A DNA stretch of 64,000 nt from a virus (IMGVR_UViG_3300042868_008486:108810-172809); one strand, 5' to 3'. Counted from the stretch's first letter, positions 9,568-17,823 are shown. A program made the numbers and translations. Notes: generated from the letters alone by a model not told the origin.

Positions 9568-10002
9568 CATCATCGGATACTAACCTCCAATATGTTACCA
9601 CTTACACTACTCCGCTATACTACTGAATCCAATTCAGGTGGACTGAGAAATTGTATCTAAATCGTTTTCTTTTCTCACCTTACCACAGACCTCATATTGT
9701 CGACCATATGATTAATCCTGACTTTAAATAACATAGATAATGGTTCGGCCTTTTATGTCAGTCGCTCGACGTGTTATTACCCCAATATCCCAATTCCGTT
9801 CCCCCTAACTATATTGGGTTCCTTGCACCATACCCTCTAATATTGGAGTATGAGGCTGAACCCTCAAGGATTGGTAGCATCTATTGTTATGTTACTGTCT
9901 GCATTCAGTTCAGTAGTTAATTGTGATGAATCATTTACTCGGTCGCAGCCATACCATTCTTTCAGGTAGGTCCCCCTCGCTCTTATCATCATTGAGCCAC
10001 GT

Positions 10003-10078
10003 AGATAGGACAGGATTCGAACCTGTAACTCAACATCACCAGGACGGTTTCAGTTACCAATTACTATCACCTATCTAT
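10003..10078 (-). tRNA. tRNA-like gene, 76 nt, anticodon not assignable
   Basis: T-arm ACAGG-ATTCGAA-CCTGT. Perfect 7-bp acceptor (agatagg at 10003-10009 against cctatct at 10072-10078). D-loop contains TGG. Anticodon arm does not fold canonically by eye. Confidence 0.4.
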
Positions 10079-10193
10079 ATGTTGAGTTTCTTCATAACGG
10101 TACTCAACAAACCCTGCTTGCCAGTATTACATTTACTAACTACTATTATTCACATTCAATGTAACCCAAAGGTGGTCCGCCGTCATTGGTAGT

Positions 10194-10312
10194 AATCAGG
10201 GTGGGACTTGAACCCACAAGGTAACATTCGGCTTCAAGGCTCTCCTATATACCGTTCATAGGATGCAGTTACCACTTTACTCGTCTTATGCGTCTACCAA
10301 TTCCGCCACCTG
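10194..10312 (-). ncRNA. long tRNA-like RNA, family member a (119 nt)
   Basis: T-arm GTGGG-ACTTGAA-CCCAC. Acceptor AGTCAGG/CCTGATT with one G-U pair. 5' end AGTCAGGTGGCGGAATTGGTAGACGC matches the tRNA-Leu D-arm. Middle is about 35 nt too long for a type-II tRNA. Confidence 0.4.
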
Positions 10313-10444
10313 ACTATTTTTTATAATAACCCTTTATATAAAACGTAATATATAAAAAAACATACTCCAATTGTAATACATATAATAGTTGTTACTTGTG
10401 CTGCAGGATGTAAAGTTTCCATTTTATTTTATTTTAAAGTTAGT

Positions 10445-10519
10445 AGATAGGATTGGATTCGAACCAATGACGCATAATACAAATCAATGTACCCGCTCTG
10501 ACCTCTGAGCTACCCATCT
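10445..10519 (-). tRNA. tRNA-like gene, 75 nt
   Basis: Canonical UAGCUCAGAGGUCAGAGC D-arm. T-arm ATTGG-ATTCGAA-CCAAT. 7-bp acceptor with one G-U pair. Anticodon stem GUACA/UGUAU with a 6-nt loop, which is atypical. Confidence 0.45.
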
Positions 10520-10531
10520 ATATTTTTTTGT

Positions 10532-10640
10532 AGTCAAGACAGGAATCGAACCTGTGTATCATCAAAGTACTTTGATGGTATGTTTATACTTCATACCCTG
10601 CTTTTACCATAAAGGTGTGTGTCTACCATTCCACCACCTG
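10532..10640 (-). ncRNA. long tRNA-like RNA, family member b (109 nt)
   Basis: T-arm ACAGG-AATCGAA-CCTGT. Acceptor AGTCAGG/CTTGACT. Family 5' end AGTCAGGTGGTGGAATGGTAGAC. Confidence 0.4.
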
Positions 10641-10776
10641 ACTATATTTTTTGTTACTCAACCCCTCACGTCCTTTTACTCTTGGGGTTAAAGGTCTTGC
10701 GGACCACCATTACGGATTTATCATACTAGGAAGACGCTCAGTATATAAATCTTGCACCTCTCTGAAGTAACTTGTG

Positions 10777-10846
10777 GCTCAAGTGGGAATCGAACCCACA
10801 CCTTGATTTTTAGAGAATCCTATTCTAACCTTTTAACTATTGAACC
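10777..10846 (-). tRNA. tRNA-like gene, 70 nt
   Basis: T-arm GTGGG-AATCGAA-CCCAC. Acceptor GGTTCAA/TTGAGCC with one G-U pair. Possible anticodon loop UAGGAUU. Confidence 0.35.
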
Positions 10847-10961
10847 AAATTGTGACTGATGGTCGTCTAACACCTCGACTTTCGACTGATACAATTTTAC
10901 GTGTGCCCCACTCGGTCTATTTGTCACTGTCAGTTTTCAATCACAATTCAAATATAAGAAA

Positions 10962-11384
10962 TTATTTCTTTTCAGTCCAAACAATTTTATATTTTTCCCA
11001 ATTATTTTTTATTTCTTCTTGTAATGATTCGGTTAAACCTTTGTTTTCCAACACTTTACCATAGACAAAACTAATCACTCTATTAACACTCTTAAAGTGT
11101 TTAATACTTGTCCATTTCTTACCATAACCATCATAGAAGATACCTGTATAACTTTTAGTTATTAATTGAATGTAATTGTTATCAACTTCATACTTGAACA
11201 GTTCTTTTAATTTAACATCCAAATTATTTCCATCATCATCAATCTTAATGATTAAGATATATTCTTTATCTTCCAATGTTACAGGAATCGCATTCATTAT
11301 TGTTTTATCCTTCTTAAATAAGTGTAATTTTGTTTTATGAAGGTAATTCAATGTGTCTTGTTTAATTTGTTCTATTGTTTTCAT
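10962..11384 (-). CDS. hypothetical protein
   Basis: 140-aa ORF embedded in the tRNA-like array. Confidence 0.5.
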   Translation of the reverse strand: MKTIEQIKQDTLNYLHKTKLHLFKKDKTIMNAIPVTLEDKEYILIIKIDDDGNNLDVKLKELFKYEVDNNYIQLITKSYTGIFYDGYGKKWTSIKHFKSVNRVISFVYGKVLENKGLTESLQEEIKNNWEKYKIVWTEKK

Positions 11385-11385
11385 T

Positions 11386-11568
11386 TTAATTTATTTTAGC
11401 AATTATTTTATTATCCCCATCCGTTTCAATGGTTAACATACCCTTGAGTTTAATACTTCCCTTAGTATGGGGGTTATCGGGAGTTTCCTTAGTTGAAAAT
11501 CCAACACCTGTACTTACATCTACGTGATGAACATAATAAGTGTCTCCTCTACATTTGATTACCCACAT
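11386..11568 (-). CDS. hypothetical protein
   Basis: 60-aa ORF. Confidence 0.4.
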   Translation of the reverse strand: MWVIKCRGDTYYVHHVDVSTGVGFSTKETPDNPHTKGSIKLKGMLTIETDGDNKIIAKIN

Positions 11569-11655
11569 TGGAATTGTTGGGTCTTCAAGATGTTTCTTGT
11601 TAAAATGAAATACAATTTCACATTTTTTGTTAATCTACATCATAACTGTTTGTTT

Positions 11656-11970
11656 TTATTGTTTATTATAATTTTTTAATGCTAATGGTAACGACGCGGT
11701 TAATCGGTTTGTAATCTCATTGGATTCAAACGCAATTGATGTTAATTGATTATTTATGTCAGGTTCATAAAATGATGAAACACTAACATTCAAATCAGTT
11801 AATCGTTCTAATAAAATTTTAAGTTTGTTTTCGGTATCAATGGATAATGAAATAAGAAAATTGTTGTTCCATTGACGGGCTTTCTCAGGATGGTCTAACA
11901 TATACTGAGCAATCGAGTGTCCCGATTGAGCCATTTGATAACCCGGAGTTAAATCTCCTCTTGTTACCAC
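11656..11970 (-). CDS. peptidyl-tRNA hydrolase PTH2-like protein
   Basis: 104 aa. N-terminal VTRGDLTPGYQMAQSGHSIAQYM resembles the PTH2 R-x-DL...G...AQ..HA motif. Confidence 0.45.
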   Translation of the reverse strand: MVTRGDLTPGYQMAQSGHSIAQYMLDHPEKARQWNNNFLISLSIDTENKLKILLERLTDLNVSVSSFYEPDINNQLTSIAFESNEITNRLTASLPLALKNYNKQ

Positions 11971-12031
11971 ATAAAGTTTTTGTATCTAATTGTTTTTCAT
12001 AATAATATAAATATAATCAATAATTTTTTGT

Positions 12032-12229
12032 TGTCAAGAGAGGACTCGAACCTCTATGAATTATAATTGATGTTAGTTGGCACTCTCAGAGAGGATATCG
12101 CTTATTATTTTCATCAACCTTATTGGAATGTATTACGTAACGGCTATTTACCCAACTTGTGTACCGTAATCTTCTGCCCATTCCATTCTAACCGCAGCCG
12201 TTTAGCGTCACCCTTTCCGCCACTTGACT
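12032..12229 (-). ncRNA. long tRNA-like RNA, family member c (about 198 nt)
   Basis: T-arm AGAGG-ACTCGAA-CCTCT at 12039-12055. Family 5' end AGTCAAGTGGCGGAAAGGGTGACGC at 12205-12229. Acceptor 6 of 7. No other T-arm in between. Confidence 0.3.
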
Positions 12230-12384
12230 AAAAATGACTTTACCTTACAAAGTCTAAGTAGGTTTAGTTGAGGACTTTCAAATCTTAATCGTCTATATGA
12301 CTCCTTCCTCTCAGTGTATCGTTTATTTACTCGTCGGGCATAGTATCTGAGTTTTCTGTGTGCTGCCATCACACTTACAATCGT

Positions 12385-12500
12385 AGCCAGAACAAGATTC
12401 GAACTTGTAAGACACAGTAATACAGTACTGCGTCATCCCTGTATGGATATGTGCGTCTACCAACGAGCGAGGACACCCCACTCCATTCCGCCACCTGACT
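12385..12500 (-). ncRNA. long tRNA-like RNA, family member d (116 nt)
   Basis: T-arm ACAAG-ATTCGAA-CTTGT. Acceptor AGTCAGG/TCTGGCT with two G-U pairs. D-region carries an insertion (GGAATGGAGTGGGGTGTCCTCGCTCGTTGGTAGACGC). Confidence 0.35.
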
Positions 12501-12671
12501 AAAAATGTGTGTTTTTAAATTATCCCTAGAACACACAAACTATGCCGACATACGATTCGGAGAGCGTCCACGCCAACATATGTGTAAACCCGAAGGTCTT
12601 TTTATTTCAACCCATATCTGTAATCTCTATCTTCGTTCCTTAGCGGTGCACCACTAGAGGGCTAATTCAGT

Positions 12672-12785
12672 AGTCAGGACAGGACTCGAACCTGTTCGAT
12701 TTCACCGTAGGACGTAACGAGACTGCTACTTTCAGAGTGTTACTATATCCCCTCACCTCTGCGTCTACCCATCCGCCACCTGACT
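12672..12785 (-). ncRNA. long tRNA-like RNA, family member e (114 nt)
   Basis: T-arm ACAGG-ACTCGAA-CCTGT. Perfect 7-bp acceptor AGTCAGG/CCTGACT. 5' end AGTCAGGTGGCGGATGGGTAGACGC. Discriminator A, no encoded CCA. Confidence 0.45.
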
Positions 12786-12867
12786 CGGACTCGAACCGTT
12801 GAAAACACACACCTTTCAGTGCCAACAAAACCCTGACCCCAAAGTTTTATTGTCAGTCGCCAGGGTA

Positions 12868-12977
12868 GGACTCGAACCTACACCCTATGACTTGTACCTC
12901 ACCATAGGGACTTACGTTGTTTTTAAAAGAGTGGTATCACCCCACTGTAGCGTCTAACCAATTCCGCCACCTGACTT
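12868..12977 (-). ncRNA. long tRNA-like RNA, family member f (110 nt)
   Basis: T-arm GTAGG-ACTCGAA-CCTAC. Acceptor 6 of 7. 5' end AGTCAGGTGGCGGAATTGGTTAGACGC. Confidence 0.4.
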
Positions 12978-13062
12978 GTTACTTAGGCGAATATACTCAA
13001 ATGCGGTACACTTAGATTTCCAATTCAATACGCCACTTGTATAAAGAGCCTTATAACCAAAT

Positions 13063-13152
13063 TTGAGGTTGAGAACCTCTGTGTTGTAGTGCTTAAATCT
13101 GTCCACTCATATTCTTGTTTCCTTCTCAAGGGAACAACACAAATAATCAGTC
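13063..13152. repeat. direct repeat copy 1 (GAGGTTGAGAACCTCTGTGTTGTAG ... TTCTCAAGGGAACAACAC)
   Basis: Imperfectly repeated at 13236-13340. Each copy holds the hairpins GAGGTT-GAG-AACCTC and TTCC-TTCTCAAG-GGAA. Confidence 0.6.
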
Positions 13153-13235
13153 GCTCGCTTTAGAGTCAGTCGCCCATTGTATAGCAACGCATATACAAAG
13201 GACAACACAGGAATCTTTGTACCTGTACTGATTAT

Positions 13236-13340
13236 TGTTTGAGGTTGAGAACCTCTGTGTTGTAGGGTACTATTCTCCCTTAACCCTCTTTAGCATCATA
13301 CATTCCTTTCTCAAGGGAACAACACAATAATAAATCCCTG
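13236..13340. repeat. direct repeat copy 2
   Basis: Shares the 25-mer gaggttgagaacctctgtgttgtag and ctttctcaagggaacaacaca with copy 1. Confidence 0.6.
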
Positions 13341-13638
13341 TACTCTCAGTAAGTAATGTTATAGATAGGCCCAAACCCCTATCCTCCGTAGCTCAACTAT
13401 TTATTTCAACCACTCAAATTACCTTATGAGATTTATGTCTATTTCAAGTATATTGTTATAACATCTAACCCCTAAACAACTACACTCTGAATGTGTATAT
13501 CTCCCATACTTCGCTCCCATCCCTATTCTACGATAGGTGAGTCCCATAGCAAAATCTGTTTAGTCATTAGCAGGGGAATAATATTTAAAATGGTGACTAC
13601 TCCCTCAGAGCTACCAACCCGCACCAATGAATTGATAC

Positions 13639-13662
13639 GAGCTAGGGAGGACTCGAACCTCC
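13639..13662 (-). ncRNA. tRNA-like 3' fragment (T-arm GGAGG-ACTCGAA-CCTCC), partner strand not found
   Basis: Canonical T-arm, no complementary 5' acceptor. The 7-mer just before the T-stem (gagctag) recurs directly upstream as gagctac. Confidence 0.2.
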
Positions 13663-13675
13663 AAGTCACCATTTT

Positions 13676-13699
13676 AATCGACATAGGACTTGAACCTAT
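13676..13699 (-). ncRNA. tRNA-like 3' fragment (T-arm ATAGG-ACTTGAA-CCTAT), partner strand not found
   Basis: The 7-mer before the T-stem (aatcgac) is repeated directly at 13733-13739 rather than inverted. Confidence 0.2.
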
Positions 13700-13755
13700 A
13701 CGGGAGCACCTATAACCCTCCAATCGACTATTTAATATTTCAAAGAACTTTTAGA

Positions 13756-13831
13756 ATCTGAGGTGGGAATCGAACCCACACTAAGTCAACCTTTACAGGA
13801 TTTGGAACCACTCCTCATTACGCTCTCAGAT
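13756..13831 (-). tRNA. tRNA-like gene, 76 nt
   Basis: T-arm GTGGG-AATCGAA-CCCAC. Perfect 7-bp acceptor (atctgag / ctcagat). Internal arms not canonical by eye. Confidence 0.4.
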
Positions 13832-13854
13832 TTCCTTTCAACAAATATAGTAAT

Positions 13855-14271
13855 TTATTTTTGTTCTGACCTAATAATTTCAATTAATTTATCAATACAT
13901 TCAGATTCAGCTTCAGGATATGTTCTATATAATAAAGAATATTGTCCAATCGTATTTTCCCACCCCCATTCTTCTGAAGCTAAATCATTTGGATTACCAA
14001 AAAAACGTGTGTAGGTATAACAGAATTTAGGTTCTGTCGTACAATCAGTTAATATCTCAGGGAATATCTTATGTGTATCTCTAAACCATTGGAAAACCTG
14101 TGATTTAAGTGGTGCGATTGTATATGTTTCATCACCAACACCATTCATATAAAATGTATGTTTACCGTCTTTTTTATATAATGAACATTCACTCCCAAAC
14201 CAACTATACTTAATATACCCCAATTCTTTAAGTAATAAGGCTTGGTCATATGTGACAAATAAATCTACCAT
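13855..14271 (-). CDS. hypothetical protein
   Basis: 138-aa ORF. Confidence 0.5.
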   Translation of the reverse strand: MVDLFVTYDQALLLKELGYIKYSWFGSECSLYKKDGKHTFYMNGVGDETYTIAPLKSQVFQWFRDTHKIFPEILTDCTTEPKFCYTYTRFFGNPNDLASEEWGWENTIGQYSLLYRTYPEAESECIDKLIEIIRSEQK

Positions 14272-14309
14272 AGTTTTACTTTTTTAAAATATTTTTTATC
14301 TTAACTCAG

Positions 14310-14633
14310 ATGGGTTATGTGTATTTAATTGTTGAGTGGGGTTCAACACCTGAGCGATACAAATTGGGTATCACAAAGAACGACCCTAAACTACGATTAA
14401 AAACCCATCAAACTTCAAACCCCCACGAACTAGTCTTAATACGGACATATAAGTCGGAACATTACCACAAGATTGAATCTTGGATGAAACGTGAATATTT
14501 CATATATGGTCAAGAGGGTGGAACCGAATGGTTTGAATTACCCTCTGAGATTGCATCTAATTTCACCCAAGAATGTAAACGTATTGAGGACGTGTTTAAC
14601 GACCTAATAAAAAGTGGTAACCCTTTTATTTAG
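14310..14633 (+). CDS. T5orf172/GIY-YIG-like domain protein
   Basis: YVYLIVEWG...YKLGITKND...RLKTHQ...EWFELP pattern typical of the T5orf172 (MUG113) family. Confidence 0.5.
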   Translation: MGYVYLIVEWGSTPERYKLGITKNDPKLRLKTHQTSNPHELVLIRTYKSEHYHKIESWMKREYFIYGQEGGTEWFELPSEIASNFTQECKRIEDVFNDLIKSGNPFI

Positions 14634-14884
14634 AAATACCATTTCACACAATCAATACCACTTAACTTAGAATTAACTTTAGTCATTCTAATGAATGGAA
14701 TTTTCTTTACTAATGTTGCCGGCATCACCAAAGAAGTATATGACGTAAAATCTTTGTGTTTTAATACTCGACCATCACCAGCAATAAATTGATAACAAGA
14801 CCCATTATCTAAAATGTAATCACCACTTTTAACCTCATAGGTTACTCTCCCTATCTTTATTGTTTCCATCGTTATTGCCGCCAT
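14630..14884 (-). CDS. hypothetical protein
   Basis: 84-aa ORF, convergent with the plus-strand gene at 14310. Confidence 0.4.
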   Translation of the reverse strand: MAAITMETIKIGRVTYEVKSGDYILDNGSCYQFIAGDGRVLKHKDFTSYTSLVMPATLVKKIPFIRMTKVNSKLSGIDCVKWYF

Positions 14885-15161
14885 CCTTCTCGTCTTTAAT
14901 TGGTTGAAAAATAATTTGATATCCCTTGAATATTTCTTTGATACTCTTCAGGTCTTTAGTAAAACCCTCAATTATTATAATCTGTTTTTCCTTCGTGTTG
15001 ACTATGTACTTCATATTTGAGTAACCGACATTAGAACCATTTCGATTAACAATATTGTAAATAAAGTATTAATCATTTTCTTTCTACCCTCAGTATTAGG
15101 TAACTTAACCACCGTATGGATAAACAAACAATAAGTAATTGCCAGTATTATTACCCCAAAG

Positions 15162-15395
15162 TTAAACATTAAATCCTTCATCTGTGTCTTCTATTATTAA
15201 TTTTGTTAATTTTTCTGATATGTTTCTCATATCGGATAATAAATCATTATTATCAATACCATCCAATTGTTTGAATAAGTGAACGTAACCCATATTGATA
15301 TGGTCCAACGCAGCCTCAAACCCTGATGTGTAATTTTTAGCGTCTTCAATAAGACGGTCCATTATTAATTCTTCTTCAGATTTCTCCTTTTCCAT
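15162..15395 (-). CDS. hypothetical protein
   Basis: 77-aa ORF. Confidence 0.4.
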   Translation of the reverse strand: MEKEKSEEELIMDRLIEDAKNYTSGFEAALDHINMGYVHLFKQLDGIDNNDLLSDMRNISEKLTKLIIEDTDEGFNV

Positions 15396-15539
15396 TTTCT
15401 AACCACTCATTAAATTTTTTAGTGAAGACTTTTGAAAATTCTTTCTTCATCTTCTTTTTTTTCTTACGAGGCATATTCCCCAAGTCATACATTTCAGGAA
15501 ATATGGTTATCGCAGCCCCCAAAGGTATTTGTATCTTCC

Positions 15540-15935
15540 TCATTTTGATGGTATAATATAAATCTCATTAAAGTTATATTGGACCTCATCCTCACTAATA
15601 ACCAACACAGACAATTTATACCCTGTATAATCATCTGACATTGGTAATTCGTGCATACCAACAAACTTATTTTTGTCGTCAACATATTTTTTACGTTCCT
15701 TATCTTGAGCAACATCACCATTAAAGTTAATGTCTTTAATTGTTTTAGTGACTAAGTTCTCACCTTCATAAACCATAAATTTAGAACCTACCAATGTTCT
15801 AAACAACTGACCAAACTTGTGGTAAAAATTATCATTTAAAAATTCTTCAAATGTTTTAAGTTTGGTGTCGGAGATAATATTAATTGGTTTATTATCCCAA
15901 TTTTTCATCCAAGCTTCTTTATTTATCGAGGTCAT
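15540..15935 (-). CDS. hypothetical protein
   Basis: 131-aa ORF. Confidence 0.5.
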   Translation of the reverse strand: MTSINKEAWMKNWDNKPINIISDTKLKTFEEFLNDNFYHKFGQLFRTLVGSKFMVYEGENLVTKTIKDINFNGDVAQDKERKKYVDDKNKFVGMHELPMSDDYTGYKLSVLVISEDEVQYNFNEIYIIPSK

Positions 15936-16185
15936 CTTCTTCTTTAATTAATTCGTAATCACTATTCTTAGTCCTAAATTTAATATAATTTTCCGAACTT
16001 TCCAATAGTTCAGTAACCTCAGTTGTTTGCCAAGTGAAAAATACATTAAATGGGGACATTAATAACCCCCTACCAACTTCAGGAGTGTCAAACTTTTCTT
16101 TAAACGTCCCATCCTCATTAAACTCAATCCAAATGACATCACTTGAACGTTTTGTTAACCCATCACTTCTTTTTAACGTATACAT
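15919..16185 (-). CDS. hypothetical protein
   Basis: 88-aa ORF. Confidence 0.45.
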   Translation of the reverse strand: MYTLKRSDGLTKRSSDVIWIEFNEDGTFKEKFDTPEVGRGLLMSPFNVFFTWQTTEVTELLESSENYIKFRTKNSDYELIKEEDDLDK

Positions 16186-16490
16186 AACTTATGATTTTTT
16201 TCTAAGTATTGAAACAATTCTTCATATGATTGACAAATTAATTCACCCTCTTCATCATTCGCGTCCATTTTATTATCACCATAACCATTTTCAAATATGA
16301 ACCATTCCACCCAATCCAATCCTTCTTCACCATAAACAAAACGTATTGAGTTTTGTAATTGTTCAAATAATATATCAGATAATTGATATCTACCCTCCAT
16401 CAAATCAAACCCTAAATCGTGAAGGTCTGATATCATTTCAGACCCTCTCTTGTAACAATCTAATATATTAAAAAAATTCTCAAATGTCAT
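16173..16490 (-). CDS. hypothetical protein
   Basis: 105-aa ORF. Confidence 0.45.
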   Translation of the reverse strand: MTFENFFNILDCYKRGSEMISDLHDLGFDLMEGRYQLSDILFEQLQNSIRFVYGEEGLDWVEWFIFENGYGDNKMDANDEEGELICQSYEELFQYLEKNHKLCIR

Positions 16491-16491
16491 A

Positions 16492-17028
16492 TCACTTTCT
16501 TTTTACTTGAATTGTTATTCTATAATAACCCATCCAATTGTTTCTATCAATAATTGTTCTAAACTCTAATTCTACCTTGGGAATGAACCCATCAACAACC
16601 CTAACCCCCTCACTTTTTTCATTCATCAATTTGATTACTCTATCGAATAAACCGGTGTTAAGATTATGATTATAAAACTTCTCGACAAAGTTATTATAAT
16701 CTTCAACATTTATTTTATGTAAAAAATGTTTCGAGGCCATTTTAAAATATGGTTCAGAATATAATAACCAACCATTAAACGTGTCTTTATTATATTTCTT
16801 CACCTCACGGTATCTTTTTGTTTCGGGATGGTAGATATCATATTTATTAATATCTACCGTCTCGTCCAAGATAAAACGGGTTGGGTCGTAATCAACAGAC
16901 TTAATCTTGTCGAACACAGAACTACCTTTACCACTCCACTTCATTCTTGGTGATTTGGTTTTTTTTACCCAACCATCAACTTGAACTGAGTTCTCAAATT
17001 CAACACCCGTTTTAGCCCTGTTTTGCAT
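16492..17028 (-). CDS. hypothetical protein
   Basis: 178-aa ORF. Confidence 0.5.
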   Translation of the reverse strand: MQNRAKTGVEFENSVQVDGWVKKTKSPRMKWSGKGSSVFDKIKSVDYDPTRFILDETVDINKYDIYHPETKRYREVKKYNKDTFNGWLLYSEPYFKMASKHFLHKINVEDYNNFVEKFYNHNLNTGLFDRVIKLMNEKSEGVRVVDGFIPKVELEFRTIIDRNNWMGYYRITIQVKRK

Positions 17029-17031
17029 ATC

Positions 17032-17325
17032 TTATTTTGTGTATAAAGATTGTAAATATTCGATATTTTCTTCAGTGAATATTTCTTCACATTTATTACC
17101 AACTAATGAATCTAAGTTGATATCAATATTTTTCAAGGTTTCTCTTAACTTAGAAACGTTAATTTCTTTACCTAAGAATAAAACATTAGAATAATCGGCC
17201 AACTCAATATCAACGTGACTTTGACCAATGTATGCTTGATGTATTACTGTCATAGAAATTGACCCGTTCTCCAATGTGATATCGTTCTCAATATCAACCA
17301 TTACTGTTTTACCAACTATATTCAT
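17032..17325 (-). CDS. hypothetical protein
   Basis: 97-aa ORF. Confidence 0.45.
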   Translation of the reverse strand: MNIVGKTVMVDIENDITLENGSISMTVIHQAYIGQSHVDIELADYSNVLFLGKEINVSKLRETLKNIDINLDSLVGNKCEEIFTEENIEYLQSLYTK

Positions 17326-17333
17326 ATCTCTTA

Positions 17334-17489
17334 TTTTAAAACCATATATTTAACACCATCAACAATCTTAGTCACGTACTTACCACCTTTCTTTTCCGCA
17401 GTCTTTGTAGTCTTCGCAGTTTTAACGTTTTTTTCAGGTTCTCCGAATTTCTCTTTTAACACTTCTCTCATTGAAAATCTTTCCATAAC
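17334..17489 (-). CDS. small lysine-rich protein (51 aa, MERFSMREVLKEKFGEPEKNVKTAKTTKTAEKKGG...)
   Basis: Fills the 190-nt gap. Below the track cutoff. Confidence 0.25.
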
Positions 17490-17517
17490 TCTTATCGTTT
17501 TTACAAATATAATAAAA

Positions 17518-17823
17518 CTATTTTAATTTATTGAATAAAATTTTGGTAACATCTGAATTAACATCAACCAAGGTGTCAGCCAATACTTCTTTACCTTTAG
17601 ATTCTGTTAAGAATTTTTGGTTGTTTCTCTCGTTCTCAATATCAACAGAAGATACTGACTTGTCTACCGGACATAAGTGTGTTGTTATAACTCCGTAACC
17701 ATTCTCATTTTTGTAGTCTACGTTGTCCTGAGTGATGTACGCATACTTCATTAATACTTTATCTTCTTTTTTACAAGATACCATCCCCAAAACTAACAAC
17801 CCTAATAAAACTACTTTTCTCAT
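17518..17823 (-). CDS. putative lipoprotein
   Basis: MRKVVLLGLLVLGMVSC signal plus lipobox. Confidence 0.5.
   Translation of the reverse strand: MRKVVLLGLLVLGMVSCKKEDKVLMKYAYITQDNVDYKNENGYGVITTHLCPVDKSVSSVDIENERNNQKFLTESKGKEVLADTLVDVNSDVTKILFNKLK

Noticed and set aside
10650-10780. Hairpin AACCCC-...-GGGGTT at 10651-10680 as a terminator
   Set aside because: No flanking T-run on either strand. It lies between tRNA-like genes, so it is more likely a processing or structural element. Not called.
13063-13340. Possible CRISPR or insertion-sequence terminal repeats
   Set aside because: Only two direct copies about 175 nt apart. No inverted terminal repeats, no transposase and no cas. Better described as paralogous ncRNA or regulatory elements.
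9923-14014. Track ORFs 9923-10192(+), 10840-11064(+), 13491-13715(+), 13523-13723(-), 13763-14014(+) inside the tRNA-like array
   Set aside because: They overlap T-arm/acceptor elements and each other on opposite strands. Composition there is RNA-gene-like, and there is no coupling to neighbouring genes.
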